Shown here: positions 36,635-46,355 of the stretch, in pieces | How positions within the stretch are numbered: position 1 is the first letter of the stretch | Layout of the letters: each line of letters opens with the position of its first letter | From: a virus | Taxonomy: Duplodnaviria > Caudoviricetes | DNA length: 64,000 nucleotides | IMG/VR virus record: IMGVR_UViG_3300027278_000003 | Reading direction: 5' to 3' (one strand) | Program-made: the position numbers and the translations under genes | Notes under the pieces: generated by a model | Databases searched by the model: none | Seen by the model: the letters and a program-made list of their open reading frames with translations, nothing else | What the model was told of the DNA's origin: nothing

Positions 36635-38852
36635 TCAACCTGATAGAGTGAACCTTTCAATTGAACGTGCAATTATGAAAGCAAGTTCATTGTCACATGA
36701 ATACGTCACACTTGAACACCTGCTATATGCAATCATCGAAGAAGATGATGTAAGCGACCTTCTAGGTAAGATTGGCGTAGATATTGGACAAGTAGCAGAA
36801 GAACTGGAAGACTATCTAGGATCACGCGACGACATTACCGTTCCCGGTCTAGAAGATGCTCCGCGTAAAACTCTTTCACTTGATCGGGTTTTCAACCGCG
36901 CAGTAACGCAAGTTATTTTCAGTGGCAGAACAAAACTACACTGCCGCGATATTCTAGTGTCGCTATTGAGTGAAAATAGTTCACATGCGTATTACATTCT
37001 ACGCAAAGCCGGAGCAAGTCGAGCAAAAGCAATCGAAGTTCTACAGCAAGAAGTGTATCAGCAGAATGGCGGCGGTATGCCAGCACAACAGGGACAGCAG
37101 CAAGGCGGCCCTGTTAAGTTTGAAGACTTCTGCACAAACTTGAACCGAGAAGCAGCGGAAGGTCGTATCGACCCAGTTATCGGACGTGATCAGGAACTTA
37201 TCGACCTGTCAGAAGTTCTTGCAAGACGTAAGAAGAACAACGTTATCATCGTAGGTGAACCTGGCGTCGGTAAGACTGCAATCGCAGAAGGTCTTGCACT
37301 AAACATCATTAACGACAATGTTCCAGATACACTAAAAGACAAGATTGTTTGGTCACTTGATGTTACATCACTTGTTGCTGGTACAAAATATCGCGGCGAA
37401 TTCGAAGAACGCGCAAAGACTGTGTTCGACCAACTTGCCAAGAAAGATAACGTGATCCTGTTCATTGACGAAATTCATATGATCATGGGCGCGGGTTCAG
37501 CAGGTGGTTCAAATATTGACATTGCGAACTTGCTAAAGCCACTACTTGCAAGCGGCAAACTTCTTTGCATTGGTGCAACCACTAGTGAAGAATATCGTGA
37601 AAACTTTGAAAAGGATCGTGCGCTACAACGTCGATTCCAGAAAGTTGTTATTGATCAACCAAGCAAAGAAGATACTAAACTAATTCTTAAAGGGCTGAAG
37701 CAATACTACGAATCATTCCACGAGCGTGGCTATGACGACGAAGCCGTAGAACTTGCAGTTGATCTAGCAGAACGTTATATGCATGGTAAGTACAACCCAG
37801 ACCGCGCGATTGACATCATGGATGTTGCTGGTGCTAGAGCAAAACTACACAAAAATGAAGGCAACGTTACAGTACGTGATGTACGCGAAGCAGTATCAAA
37901 AATTACACGTGTTCCACTAGAAATGATTGATACTAAGGAAAACAAGAATTTTGCAACGCTTGAAGATAATATCAAGCAAAAGCTATTTGGTCAAGATAAA
38001 GCAGTTGGCGCACTTGTAGAAGCAATTCTAGTTTCAAAATCCGGTATGCGCCCTCGTAACAAACCAATCGGTTCGTTCTTGTTTGTTGGACCGACTGGTA
38101 CTGGTAAAACTGAACTATGTCGTCAGCTTTCTGCAAATCTTGATATCCCACTAAAGAAATATGATATGAGTGAATACATGGAACAACACTCCGTATCAAA
38201 ACTAATTGGTGCCCCTCCAGGTTATGTTGGACATGCCGAAGGCGGCGCTGGCGCAGGTAAACTTATCAATGACGTAGACGAGTCACCAAACTGTATCGTC
38301 CTACTTGACGAAGTTGAAAAAGCGCACCCAAGTGTTATGAACCTCTTGCTACAAGTTATGGACGATGGTAAGTTAACTAGTTCAACTGGTAAAACAGCAG
38401 ATTTCAGCAATGTTATTCTAATTATGACTTCAAACTTGGGTGCGGCGCAAAAATCAAAACGTGCAATCGGTTTCTCAACTGATAATGACGATGCATCAAT
38501 GCAAGCGGTAAACAAGTTCTTCTCTCCTGAATTTAGAAACCGTCTGGATGCTATGGTAGAGTTCGTGCAACTAGGACGTGAACAAATAGATATGATTGTT
38601 GACAAGTCTATCAATGAACTAAACGAAATGCTCAAAGAAAAGAACGTTACAATTGTTCTATCTCCGGCAGCAAAAGAGTGGATGCGCGACAAGGGTTATG
38701 TACCTGATATGGGTGCGCGCCCACTACAGCGTGTTATCAATGATTACATTAAGAAACCATTGTCGAAAGAAATTTTGTTTGGTGCGCTACAAGACGGTGG
38801 CACAGCGACAATAAATATAGTCGATGATGGAGTAACATTTGAATACACCTAG
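36627..38852 (+). CDS. clpA: ATP-dependent Clp protease ATPase subunit ClpA
   Basis: HEYVTLEHLL, DPVIGR, GEPGVGKT, FIDEIH, LQRRFQ, GPTGTGKT, DMSEYME, IGAPPGYVG, LLDEVEKAHP, IGF loop, PEFRNRLD, MGARPL. Confidence 0.95.
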   Translation: MSNQPDRVNLSIERAIMKASSLSHEYVTLEHLLYAIIEEDDVSDLLGKIGVDIGQVAEELEDYLGSRDDITVPGLEDAPRKTLSLDRVFNRAVTQVIFSGRTKLHCRDILVSLLSENSSHAYYILRKAGASRAKAIEVLQQEVYQQNGGGMPAQQGQQQGGPVKFEDFCTNLNREAAEGRIDPVIGRDQELIDLSEVLARRKKNNVIIVGEPGVGKTAIAEGLALNIINDNVPDTLKDKIVWSLDVTSLVAGTKYRGEFEERAKTVFDQLAKKDNVILFIDEIHMIMGAGSAGGSNIDIANLLKPLLASGKLLCIGATTSEEYRENFEKDRALQRRFQKVVIDQPSKEDTKLILKGLKQYYESFHERGYDDEAVELAVDLAERYMHGKYNPDRAIDIMDVAGARAKLHKNEGNVTVRDVREAVSKITRVPLEMIDTKENKNFATLEDNIKQKLFGQDKAVGALVEAILVSKSGMRPRNKPIGSFLFVGPTGTGKTELCRQLSANLDIPLKKYDMSEYMEQHSVSKLIGAPPGYVGHAEGGAGAGKLINDVDESPNCIVLLDEVEKAHPSVMNLLLQVMDDGKLTSSTGKTADFSNVILIMTSNLGAAQKSKRAIGFSTDNDDASMQAVNKFFSPEFRNRLDAMVEFVQLGREQIDMIVDKSINELNEMLKEKNVTIVLSPAAKEWMRDKGYVPDMGARPLQRVINDYIKKPLSKEILFGALQDGGTATINIVDDGVTFEYT

Positions 38853-39549
38853 CACTGTATATTCGACTAAACTATTTTATAAGAAGTATCCATACAAGAT
38901 CACTTACAAGAGATTGTATGGATTCCCTTCTGCCGAAATAATAGAAATGTACAATGCTAGATGTGGTAATGGGCAAACACGACATTTCGATTGGTGGTGG
39001 TGTCCTCTTCCAGAAAGCGACGAAGACAAAGATAAACGAAAGCGTTGTTATTCATATTTGAAGAATAATTTTAAAGACATAAAAGTTCATAACGTAGCAA
39101 CAACCTGTATATACTTCCTCACAAAGGACGACTTTGAACGAGCAAAGAAGCGTTACAAAGAATTACATGTAGAATACACTGAACCGTTTATCGAAGAACT
39201 TCCAGAAATTACTGAAAAGTATCCGGAGAGTGTAGAATTTAAGAAAAGTCTGTATTTCAAAAATTATAGATACCGCGTCACACTTGCACCTAATGATGAT
39301 TTTAGAACACATGTCGCAGAATATCTTGCGATAAATTTTGCAGATAATGAAAACTATCGTTTAAACAAAAATATCCTAGTAGCTGGCGGTGTTATAAACA
39401 ATCATACTGTAAGACGCTACATTGGCTATTATCATACATACAATTTATACTGCAAAGATAGAATAGATTTAGAGTTTATTACGTTCGTAATTAGCGAGTG
39501 TATCGCCAAAATAAGTAAAGTGGTACTCATTGAAGAAATAGATAAATAA
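38839..39549 (+). CDS. Hypothetical protein, paralog of 29858-30601
   Basis: TKLFYKKYPYKI; KKSLYFKNYRYRV. Confidence 0.65.
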   Translation: MNTPSTVYSTKLFYKKYPYKITYKRLYGFPSAEIIEMYNARCGNGQTRHFDWWWCPLPESDEDKDKRKRCYSYLKNNFKDIKVHNVATTCIYFLTKDDFERAKKRYKELHVEYTEPFIEELPEITEKYPESVEFKKSLYFKNYRYRVTLAPNDDFRTHVAEYLAINFADNENYRLNKNILVAGGVINNHTVRRYIGYYHTYNLYCKDRIDLEFITFVISECIAKISKVVLIEEIDK

Positions 39550-39596
39550 GAATAACACTAAAAATAGTTTTATCTATATATAATGAGGACACCAAA

Positions 39597-39758
39597 ATGG
39601 CGAAGATCAAAGAAGAAATTCTTGTAATCAAAATTTCCACAATAACAAAAGATGGTCAAGGTCCAGACGTAGTTAACGATGAAATCGCTGCAACAATTGA
39701 AGCAGTAATTACAGAGTTACTAGGCAACGCCGCTGTGGTGGAATTAGAGAAAGCATAA
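39597..39758 (+). CDS. Small late protein (53 aa, MAKIKEEILVIKIS...)
   Basis: GAGGA RBS; TAAATA near 39543; not in the ORF track because of length. Confidence 0.65.
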   Translation: MAKIKEEILVIKISTITKDGQGPDVVNDEIAATIEAVITELLGNAAVVELEKA

Positions 39759-39768
39759 GGAAACTACG

Positions 39769-40137
39769 ATGGCTAGAAAAACCACAACTCTCATGCCAAA
39801 CAGTGGCGTAGAACTAAACGTAACTGGCGACCCAGTACCGGGCGATAGCTATTATGGTTATACTGACGGTATTCACACCGTTGCAATCTATTGTCAAAAT
39901 CTAACAGGACGTGTCAAAGTACAAGGTACACTTGCAACCAATCCCGGTGAAGGCGATTGGTTCGATATCTTGTTAACTGGTATGCCGTACAAAGATTATA
40001 CAGGGTTTACTGGAGTTGAAGGTTTTACTTTCATAGCGAACCTAGTTTACCTAAGAGCAATTTTAGACCGCGATTCACTTGGCATAACAGACGTAACAGG
40101 CGCAGGTTACATTGATAAGATTTACTTGAATTACTAA
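39769..40137 (+). CDS. Putative virion structural protein
   Basis: AAGGA RBS; beta-rich; in the late operon. Confidence 0.6.
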   Translation: MARKTTTLMPNSGVELNVTGDPVPGDSYYGYTDGIHTVAIYCQNLTGRVKVQGTLATNPGEGDWFDILLTGMPYKDYTGFTGVEGFTFIANLVYLRAILDRDSLGITDVTGAGYIDKIYLNY

Positions 40138-40150
40138 AGGACAGAGATAA

Positions 40151-43100
40151 ATGAGTATTAACGCACAACCGTTTGCACCCACGTTCAAATTGGTGGGGAA
40201 CCTACAGCAAGATCAAGTCTTGGTATTTGATGTTAGCGAAAATGCATTTGTCAATACTACAACAGGCTTAGGTGGCGGCGTAGCATTGATAAGCGATGCA
40301 CAAAATCTTGGTACAGGACATGGCATTTTCGAAAGTATTGCTGGCTCATCCATGCAATTCAAAAGCATTATTGCTGGTTCAAATGTAAACATTGTAGACA
40401 ATGGCGTTGCACTTGTTCTTAATGTTGACGTTACTGAAACTGTACAAACTGGTACAAACGTTGGCACTGGTACACCTGTATTCAAGCAACTAAATGTTGA
40501 CAATCAATTAGAATTCAAAAGCATTGCAGTTGGTTCAGGTCTGACCCTAGCAGACAATGGTTCTACTCTAACTATCTCACTAAACGCAACAGCGGGTGGT
40601 GTTCTCGTTCCGTCAAACAATCTGTCCGATTTGACTGACGATGCGGCCGCCCGTGTAAATCTAAGTGTATACTCAAAAGCAGATTCAGATGCAAAGTTCT
40701 TTAAGCTAGACAATCATAACATCCCATCAGTAGATAACAGATGGGATATCGGTTCTCCTGAAAAACGCTTCAATGACGTTTACGGTGAAACATTCCATGG
40801 CACTGCAATCCGTGCAGAGGAACTTGCTATATCTGGTCAACTAGGTAACGTGTTAATGCACAACGGTACGAAATGGGTGGCATCTCCAGACTTTGCACAA
40901 AAATCATATGTTGATGCGCAAGTTGCGGCGGCGGTAAGCGGCGGTAATATTGATCTAAGTGGATATGTAACCGATGCAGAACTAAGTGCAGCAATCGCAG
41001 GTGTAACTCACCCAGCGGCAGATTGGAATACACTTCTAAACAAACCAACACTATTCGATGGACAATATTCATCATTGACTGGTGCTATTGAAGGGCTATC
41101 AAGCGATACAGGTACGAATACACTCACATTGAAAGCGGGTTGGAATTTAATCCCAGAGGCAGATAGTCTACAAAGTCTAGGTTCCCCAACAAATCGCTTT
41201 ACAAACATCTATCTAGACAATTCGACTATTTCAATTGGCGACAATAGCCTAGAAGCAGACGCGAATGGAACTCCTCTATGGAACAGTGAGGCGCTTGCGA
41301 CACGCAACTATGTCGATACAGCGATTGCAAACATTTCAACTGGTGGTTCGGTCGATCTAACTAACTACTACACAAAAGGTGAAGTTGATGCATTGATCCC
41401 AACTACATTCTCAGGCGACTACAACGATCTAATCAATACACCAGCGATCCCATCACTTGCAGGTTATGCGACACAGCAATGGGTTATTGATCAAGGCTTT
41501 ATGACAGGCGATAGTGATAACCAATCGTTGACACTAACTGGTACTGTTCTATCAATTTCAAATGGTAATTCGGTTGATCTAGCCGCAATTGATACAAACG
41601 TTGATCTAACTAACTACTACACAAAAGGTGAAGTAGATGGATTAATTCCAACTGTATTCAGTGGTGACTACAATGATCTAACTAACACCCCATCTATCCC
41701 AGAAACACTGCAAGATTTGACTAATGTTTCAAACGTTGCGCCAGCAGATGGTCAGCATCTTGTTTATGTAGCCTCGACGGGTCTTTGGACTCCTAGTGCA
41801 TCATCGACTGGTTCAGGGACAGGCTATTCAGATGCAGACGCACGTGCAGCAATTTCAGGTGGTACAGGTCTATCATACAACAGCACAACTGGTGTTATGG
41901 CTCTTAACGCTGAAATCGGTCAGCTTACAAATGTTGATACTGCTGGCATACAAAACGGTCAAGTTCTAAAATGGAACGGTTCTAGTTTTGTCCCTGCAAA
42001 TGACACAGTTCTAACATCAACTGATCAACTTCCAGAAGGTACAACAAACAAGTGGTGGACAGATGCAAGATTTGATTCACGTTTTGCAGCGAAATCAACA
42101 AGTGACCTAGCAGAAGGCACAAATCTATACTTTACAGATGCACGTGTTGATGCACGACTTGCAACACAATTGGTTGCGGGTACAAATATCACAATCACAA
42201 ACGGTGCAGGTGGCGTTAGAACAATTTCAGCAGCGACAACTGATCTGAGTGCGTATGCAACAACAGCATATGTAGATAGTGCAGTATTCAGTGGCGTATA
42301 CGCAGACCTAACTGGTAAACCAACACTATTCTCAGGTGATTATAACGATCTAACTAACAAACCTACACTGTTTGATGGTGCATATACATCACTAACTGGG
42401 ACACCAACAATCCCAGCAGATGTATCAGACTTGACAGATACGCAAAATCTATTAGGTGGTTCAACATACGGCGATAGTGATGTTCTTGCACTAAACAATG
42501 GCGGTCTAGAACACATGATCCCAAGTGCAGACGTTACATATGATTTGGGTAGTGCAACATACAGATGGCGTGATTTATACCTAAGTGGTAACACAATTCA
42601 CATCGGTGACGCAACACTGTCTAAGGATGCAGACGGTCTAAAATATAATGGTTATGATCTACAAGACTTCAACAACTTGAAGAATAAACCTGATCTAAGT
42701 AACCTAACAGACACAAACGTTAATAACGTAAACCGTCCCGTAACATATGCAGCACTTAACACACAACTTGAACCATATATTACTGCGGATGAACTAACAG
42801 CAGCACTTGCTGGCGTTACACTATTCTCTGGTGACTACAATGATCTAACTAACAAACCAACTATACCAGCAGATATAAGTGATTTAACTGATATTACTGG
42901 TCTTCTTGGAGCAGCAACAGTTGATCTAACTAACTACTACACAAAAGGTGAAGTAGATGCATTGATCCCAACTGTGTTCAGTGGTGACTACAATGATTTA
43001 ATCAATAAACCAACGATCCCAGACGTTACTGGTTTCGCAACAACTACGGATGTAGCAAATGCAGTAGCGAATATCAATACATTCTCAGGATCATACAACG

Positions 43101-44092
43101 ATCTTACGGATAAGCCAACACTACAAAATCTAAGTGCCGGTACTGGTATTCAAATCAATACAAACACAGTGTCATTGAGCGCAAATATTGGTGATCTACA
43201 GAATGTTTCAAACACCGCACCAACAACAGGCCAAGTTCTAAAATGGGATGGCGCACAGTGGGCTCCAGGTACAGATAATGCAGGCACTAGTGTTTCTACT
43301 ACTCTATTTGGTCTAACAGATACAAATATTTCAAGTATTGCAAACGATCAAATTCTAACATACAACACTGCATCAGGCCAGTGGAGAAACGTTGATCTAA
43401 CTGCACACCCAGATTATTTCAGTTCAAGTGACTTTGATACAGCATTCGCAGCGAAATCAGTTGCAGACCTAGGCGATGTTGATACTGCTGGCATTCAAAC
43501 TGGTCAGTTCTTACAATGGGATGGCACAAAGTTCGTTGCAGCAAGCGTTGCAGGTGGTGGCTCAGTTGATCTAACACAAGAAAGTATTAATGAACTAAGT
43601 GATGTTGACACTGCAACTAGCGCACCAGTTAATGGCGATGTTCTAACATGGAACTCAACATCAAGCAAGTGGCAACCAGCGGCGGCTCCTGCAGGTTCGG
43701 GTGGTACAGGTGCAAGTACAGAATACTTTAAGTTGAACTATGCAACTAACGGTGCATTAACAAGTATTACAAACGCAACAAGTGGCGTAAGTGCAACAAT
43801 TCTATCAACAACTGGCGGTGACGTTGAAATCACATTCTCAGGATACAATTTCCCACCATCAAACGTTCTGATTTATGGTTATGCGTATCAGTCAAATGAA
43901 TATGTTATCATGCCACTAAACAAAGACATTACAACACGTGTTGTTGCAGGTGGTGGTAGTGCAGGTAACCCAGTTGCATTTGGTAACTTCGGCAGCACAA
44001 CTATGACATTGAAATTACGCGAAGCAGATACAGGCGCGTCACGTTCGTTCGGCACAGCAACACACGCTTGGATCGTGTTCTCTATGATTTAA
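40151..44092 (+). CDS. Long tail-fibre-like virion protein with internal repeats (1313 aa)
   Basis: Repeats VDLTNYYTKGEVDALIPT.FSGDYNDL.N.P, FSGDYNDLTNKP, L.DV......GQVLKWDG..W.P, TDQLPEGTTNKWWT/TSDLAEGTNLYFT. Confidence 0.8.
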   Translation: MSINAQPFAPTFKLVGNLQQDQVLVFDVSENAFVNTTTGLGGGVALISDAQNLGTGHGIFESIAGSSMQFKSIIAGSNVNIVDNGVALVLNVDVTETVQTGTNVGTGTPVFKQLNVDNQLEFKSIAVGSGLTLADNGSTLTISLNATAGGVLVPSNNLSDLTDDAAARVNLSVYSKADSDAKFFKLDNHNIPSVDNRWDIGSPEKRFNDVYGETFHGTAIRAEELAISGQLGNVLMHNGTKWVASPDFAQKSYVDAQVAAAVSGGNIDLSGYVTDAELSAAIAGVTHPAADWNTLLNKPTLFDGQYSSLTGAIEGLSSDTGTNTLTLKAGWNLIPEADSLQSLGSPTNRFTNIYLDNSTISIGDNSLEADANGTPLWNSEALATRNYVDTAIANISTGGSVDLTNYYTKGEVDALIPTTFSGDYNDLINTPAIPSLAGYATQQWVIDQGFMTGDSDNQSLTLTGTVLSISNGNSVDLAAIDTNVDLTNYYTKGEVDGLIPTVFSGDYNDLTNTPSIPETLQDLTNVSNVAPADGQHLVYVASTGLWTPSASSTGSGTGYSDADARAAISGGTGLSYNSTTGVMALNAEIGQLTNVDTAGIQNGQVLKWNGSSFVPANDTVLTSTDQLPEGTTNKWWTDARFDSRFAAKSTSDLAEGTNLYFTDARVDARLATQLVAGTNITITNGAGGVRTISAATTDLSAYATTAYVDSAVFSGVYADLTGKPTLFSGDYNDLTNKPTLFDGAYTSLTGTPTIPADVSDLTDTQNLLGGSTYGDSDVLALNNGGLEHMIPSADVTYDLGSATYRWRDLYLSGNTIHIGDATLSKDADGLKYNGYDLQDFNNLKNKPDLSNLTDTNVNNVNRPVTYAALNTQLEPYITADELTAALAGVTLFSGDYNDLTNKPTIPADISDLTDITGLLGAATVDLTNYYTKGEVDALIPTVFSGDYNDLINKPTIPDVTGFATTTDVANAVANINTFSGSYNDLTDKPTLQNLSAGTGIQINTNTVSLSANIGDLQNVSNTAPTTGQVLKWDGAQWAPGTDNAGTSVSTTLFGLTDTNISSIANDQILTYNTASGQWRNVDLTAHPDYFSSSDFDTAFAAKSVADLGDVDTAGIQTGQFLQWDGTKFVAASVAGGGSVDLTQESINELSDVDTATSAPVNGDVLTWNSTSSKWQPAAAPAGSGGTGASTEYFKLNYATNGALTSITNATSGVSATILSTTGGDVEITFSGYNFPPSNVLIYGYAYQSNEYVIMPLNKDITTRVVAGGGSAGNPVAFGNFGSTTMTLKLREADTGASRSFGTATHAWIVFSMI
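41354..42954 (+). repeat. Three near-identical DNA repeats GATCTAACTAACTACTACACAAAAGGTGAAGT inside the fibre gene
   Basis: Copies at 41354, 41603 and 42923, with similarity extending a further 40-50 bp. Confidence 0.85.
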
Positions 44093-44106
44093 TAAGGAAA
44101 TAAAGA

Positions 44107-46137
44107 ATGGCTAACTACAAAACCAGTGCAATTGATCTTAACGTCCCTGCCAAAGTTCTACCATGTAACGTTACAAAAGCAACAGCAGTAGCATTCTGGG
44201 ATTATGACGATGGCAAGGGTGACGCATGGTGGAGTGGTGGTTCTAACCCAAAAGCATATCGTTGGGAAATCGCTATGAACGTGACTACTGTAAATCACGG
44301 TTCACACTTAACTAGAACGCCAAACGTATTCAATGGGTATGACGTAGTTGTAGGTGATTTTATCGCTGGTGCAACTGATGGTCGTGCGCTACAGATTGTT
44401 TCAATCTCAGCAAAAACAGCATTTACAGTTACTTGCGAAGTTGAAGATAGACTACGCTACAACACATTTAGAAGTGCGTCTGGTTCTGGTATCTTTACTA
44501 TCCCAGGTGCTGGTGTTATTTTCCAACTTAACGAGAACGGCGACCCCATGCTTGATCCGCTTCCATCTGGTGTGGTTTCAGCAGACTTTTACGCAAACGT
44601 AAACTCACGCTTCAAATATCTAAACCCATCAAACAACTATCTACTAAGACAACCAAATCACGGTTTTGAAGAAGGTGATGTAATTTGTATCAATCCAGAT
44701 ACAAACGGTTTTGAAGTTTCATCACCGGATAATATTGACAGACTTGTTGGCACAGTAACACATCCAGGTCCGGGCCCAAACAACTTTCTACTACGTCCTG
44801 CAAACGGAGTAATTGACTTTGTTCCAGGTCTGCCAGGTGAAGTAGGCGATTTCATCTACCCAAGTGTTGACGGCTCAGGTGACCTGACACTAACAGACAC
44901 CGGCGTTGCTATTTTCTTGAAACTACTAGAAGCAGTACCTAGCGTTGTACGTGGCACAAAAACAAATGGTAAAGCAACAGCAGGTGATACTCTCGAAATA
45001 AACGATGTGAATGTCCAATTCACAACAAACACACTTGGTGATGTTACTGTTCAAAACGCAGTAACAGACATTAACCAAAAAACAAATCTACACAAAGTAG
45101 TAGCAGAAGCAAGTGCAGCGCCAAATGAAGTGAAATCAAATATTGCTACATACGGTTCTGCATATGGTCTAGTTGGCGGCTTCCCGCCATTCGCAGCAAC
45201 TATCAATGGTCAAACTGTAAACTTTAACACGACTACAGCAGGTAATGCACAATATGGCATGCCAGTTGCGGTAGCAGAAGATATGGCAAATGACATTATG
45301 CTTGCTGGTATTCCAAATCTAACTGCTTCACACGAAAATGGTGATTTAATACTAATTGAAACTAATGGCGGTGGTATCACAATCGCCAACGTTTCTAACG
45401 ATGCACAAGGTAACCCATTTGCAGGTATGAATTCAATTACATCATTGAATACATCATACGCAGGTGCAACTGGTGTTTATGTGCTTCAACTACGCAGAAA
45501 TGACGGCGGTGAAATCATTCTAAGAGACATTGTTGGTTCTGCGACAACAGACTTCGGTATCCTATCAGGACATAACGGCTCATACGCAGTTGGTCTAAAC
45601 GTAGAACAAGGTGTTCGCAAAGCGGGTACTGTAGTCGTACAAAACATTGCATCACGTGATGCACTACCGACTAAACTAGTGGGCGATAGTGCGTATGTGC
45701 TTAATACAGGTGAAGGTGAATGGGGTCTATACATTTGGGATGGATCCGATTGGACACTTGTAGCAACACAAGACAGTGCTGCAACAGACGCAAATTCACT
45801 TTCTTACACATTCACATGCCCGGTAGGCGGCTTTGGTACTGCTAAAACCGTTACATTAGGACGTATTAGTGACAATTCACGTGTAGTAAGTGTTCTTGTA
45901 GAAGTTCTAGGTCCAATTCAAGGTTATGCTAATGGCGTTCCTGCGCTTGAAGTAGGCACGGCGGCTGACCCTGACAGATTTATGTCAGAGGATGAAAACG
46001 ATCTAGAAGGTAACGGATCTTATACAACAACACCTGACTTCCATTATACTGGTTCAACAGAACTTGAAATCAAAGCAAATCTAAAACACTTTGGTGCAAC
46101 TTCTGGTGAAATTAAAGTCACTGTGACATATGTATAA
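44107..46137 (+). CDS. Virion structural protein (676 aa)
   Basis: AAGGA RBS; Gly/Thr-rich; C-terminal beta-sandwich resembling that of 46356-51134. Confidence 0.7.
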   Translation: MANYKTSAIDLNVPAKVLPCNVTKATAVAFWDYDDGKGDAWWSGGSNPKAYRWEIAMNVTTVNHGSHLTRTPNVFNGYDVVVGDFIAGATDGRALQIVSISAKTAFTVTCEVEDRLRYNTFRSASGSGIFTIPGAGVIFQLNENGDPMLDPLPSGVVSADFYANVNSRFKYLNPSNNYLLRQPNHGFEEGDVICINPDTNGFEVSSPDNIDRLVGTVTHPGPGPNNFLLRPANGVIDFVPGLPGEVGDFIYPSVDGSGDLTLTDTGVAIFLKLLEAVPSVVRGTKTNGKATAGDTLEINDVNVQFTTNTLGDVTVQNAVTDINQKTNLHKVVAEASAAPNEVKSNIATYGSAYGLVGGFPPFAATINGQTVNFNTTTAGNAQYGMPVAVAEDMANDIMLAGIPNLTASHENGDLILIETNGGGITIANVSNDAQGNPFAGMNSITSLNTSYAGATGVYVLQLRRNDGGEIILRDIVGSATTDFGILSGHNGSYAVGLNVEQGVRKAGTVVVQNIASRDALPTKLVGDSAYVLNTGEGEWGLYIWDGSDWTLVATQDSAATDANSLSYTFTCPVGGFGTAKTVTLGRISDNSRVVSVLVEVLGPIQGYANGVPALEVGTAADPDRFMSEDENDLEGNGSYTTTPDFHYTGSTELEIKANLKHFGATSGEIKVTVTYV

Positions 46138-46166
46138 TATCTGAATATTATCAACCCAACCAGTTG

Positions 46167-46174
46167 TATAAATA
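46167..46174 (+). promoter_or_regulatory. T4-type late promoter TATAAATA (TAAATA core also at 6648, 10164, 11390, 11530, 34288, 52223, 56620, 59463; full TATAAATA at 54283 and 59197)
   Basis: Exact T4 gp55 consensus here; the core recurs in intergenic gaps ahead of structural and late genes. Confidence 0.75.
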
Positions 46175-46355
46175 CTTTTGTAGGGGATCTAACCCTACTA
46201 CTTCTTGATGTTTCTTCCAAGGAGTATATCTTCACTCAAAATTAAAGGAACAATCATTATAAAAATGATTAACCACTACCCATCCATTAAAACATGATGT
46301 TTAATGATGGGATAGTTACCTTTATTTACAAATGCTATTTTTAAGGAGAAACTAA

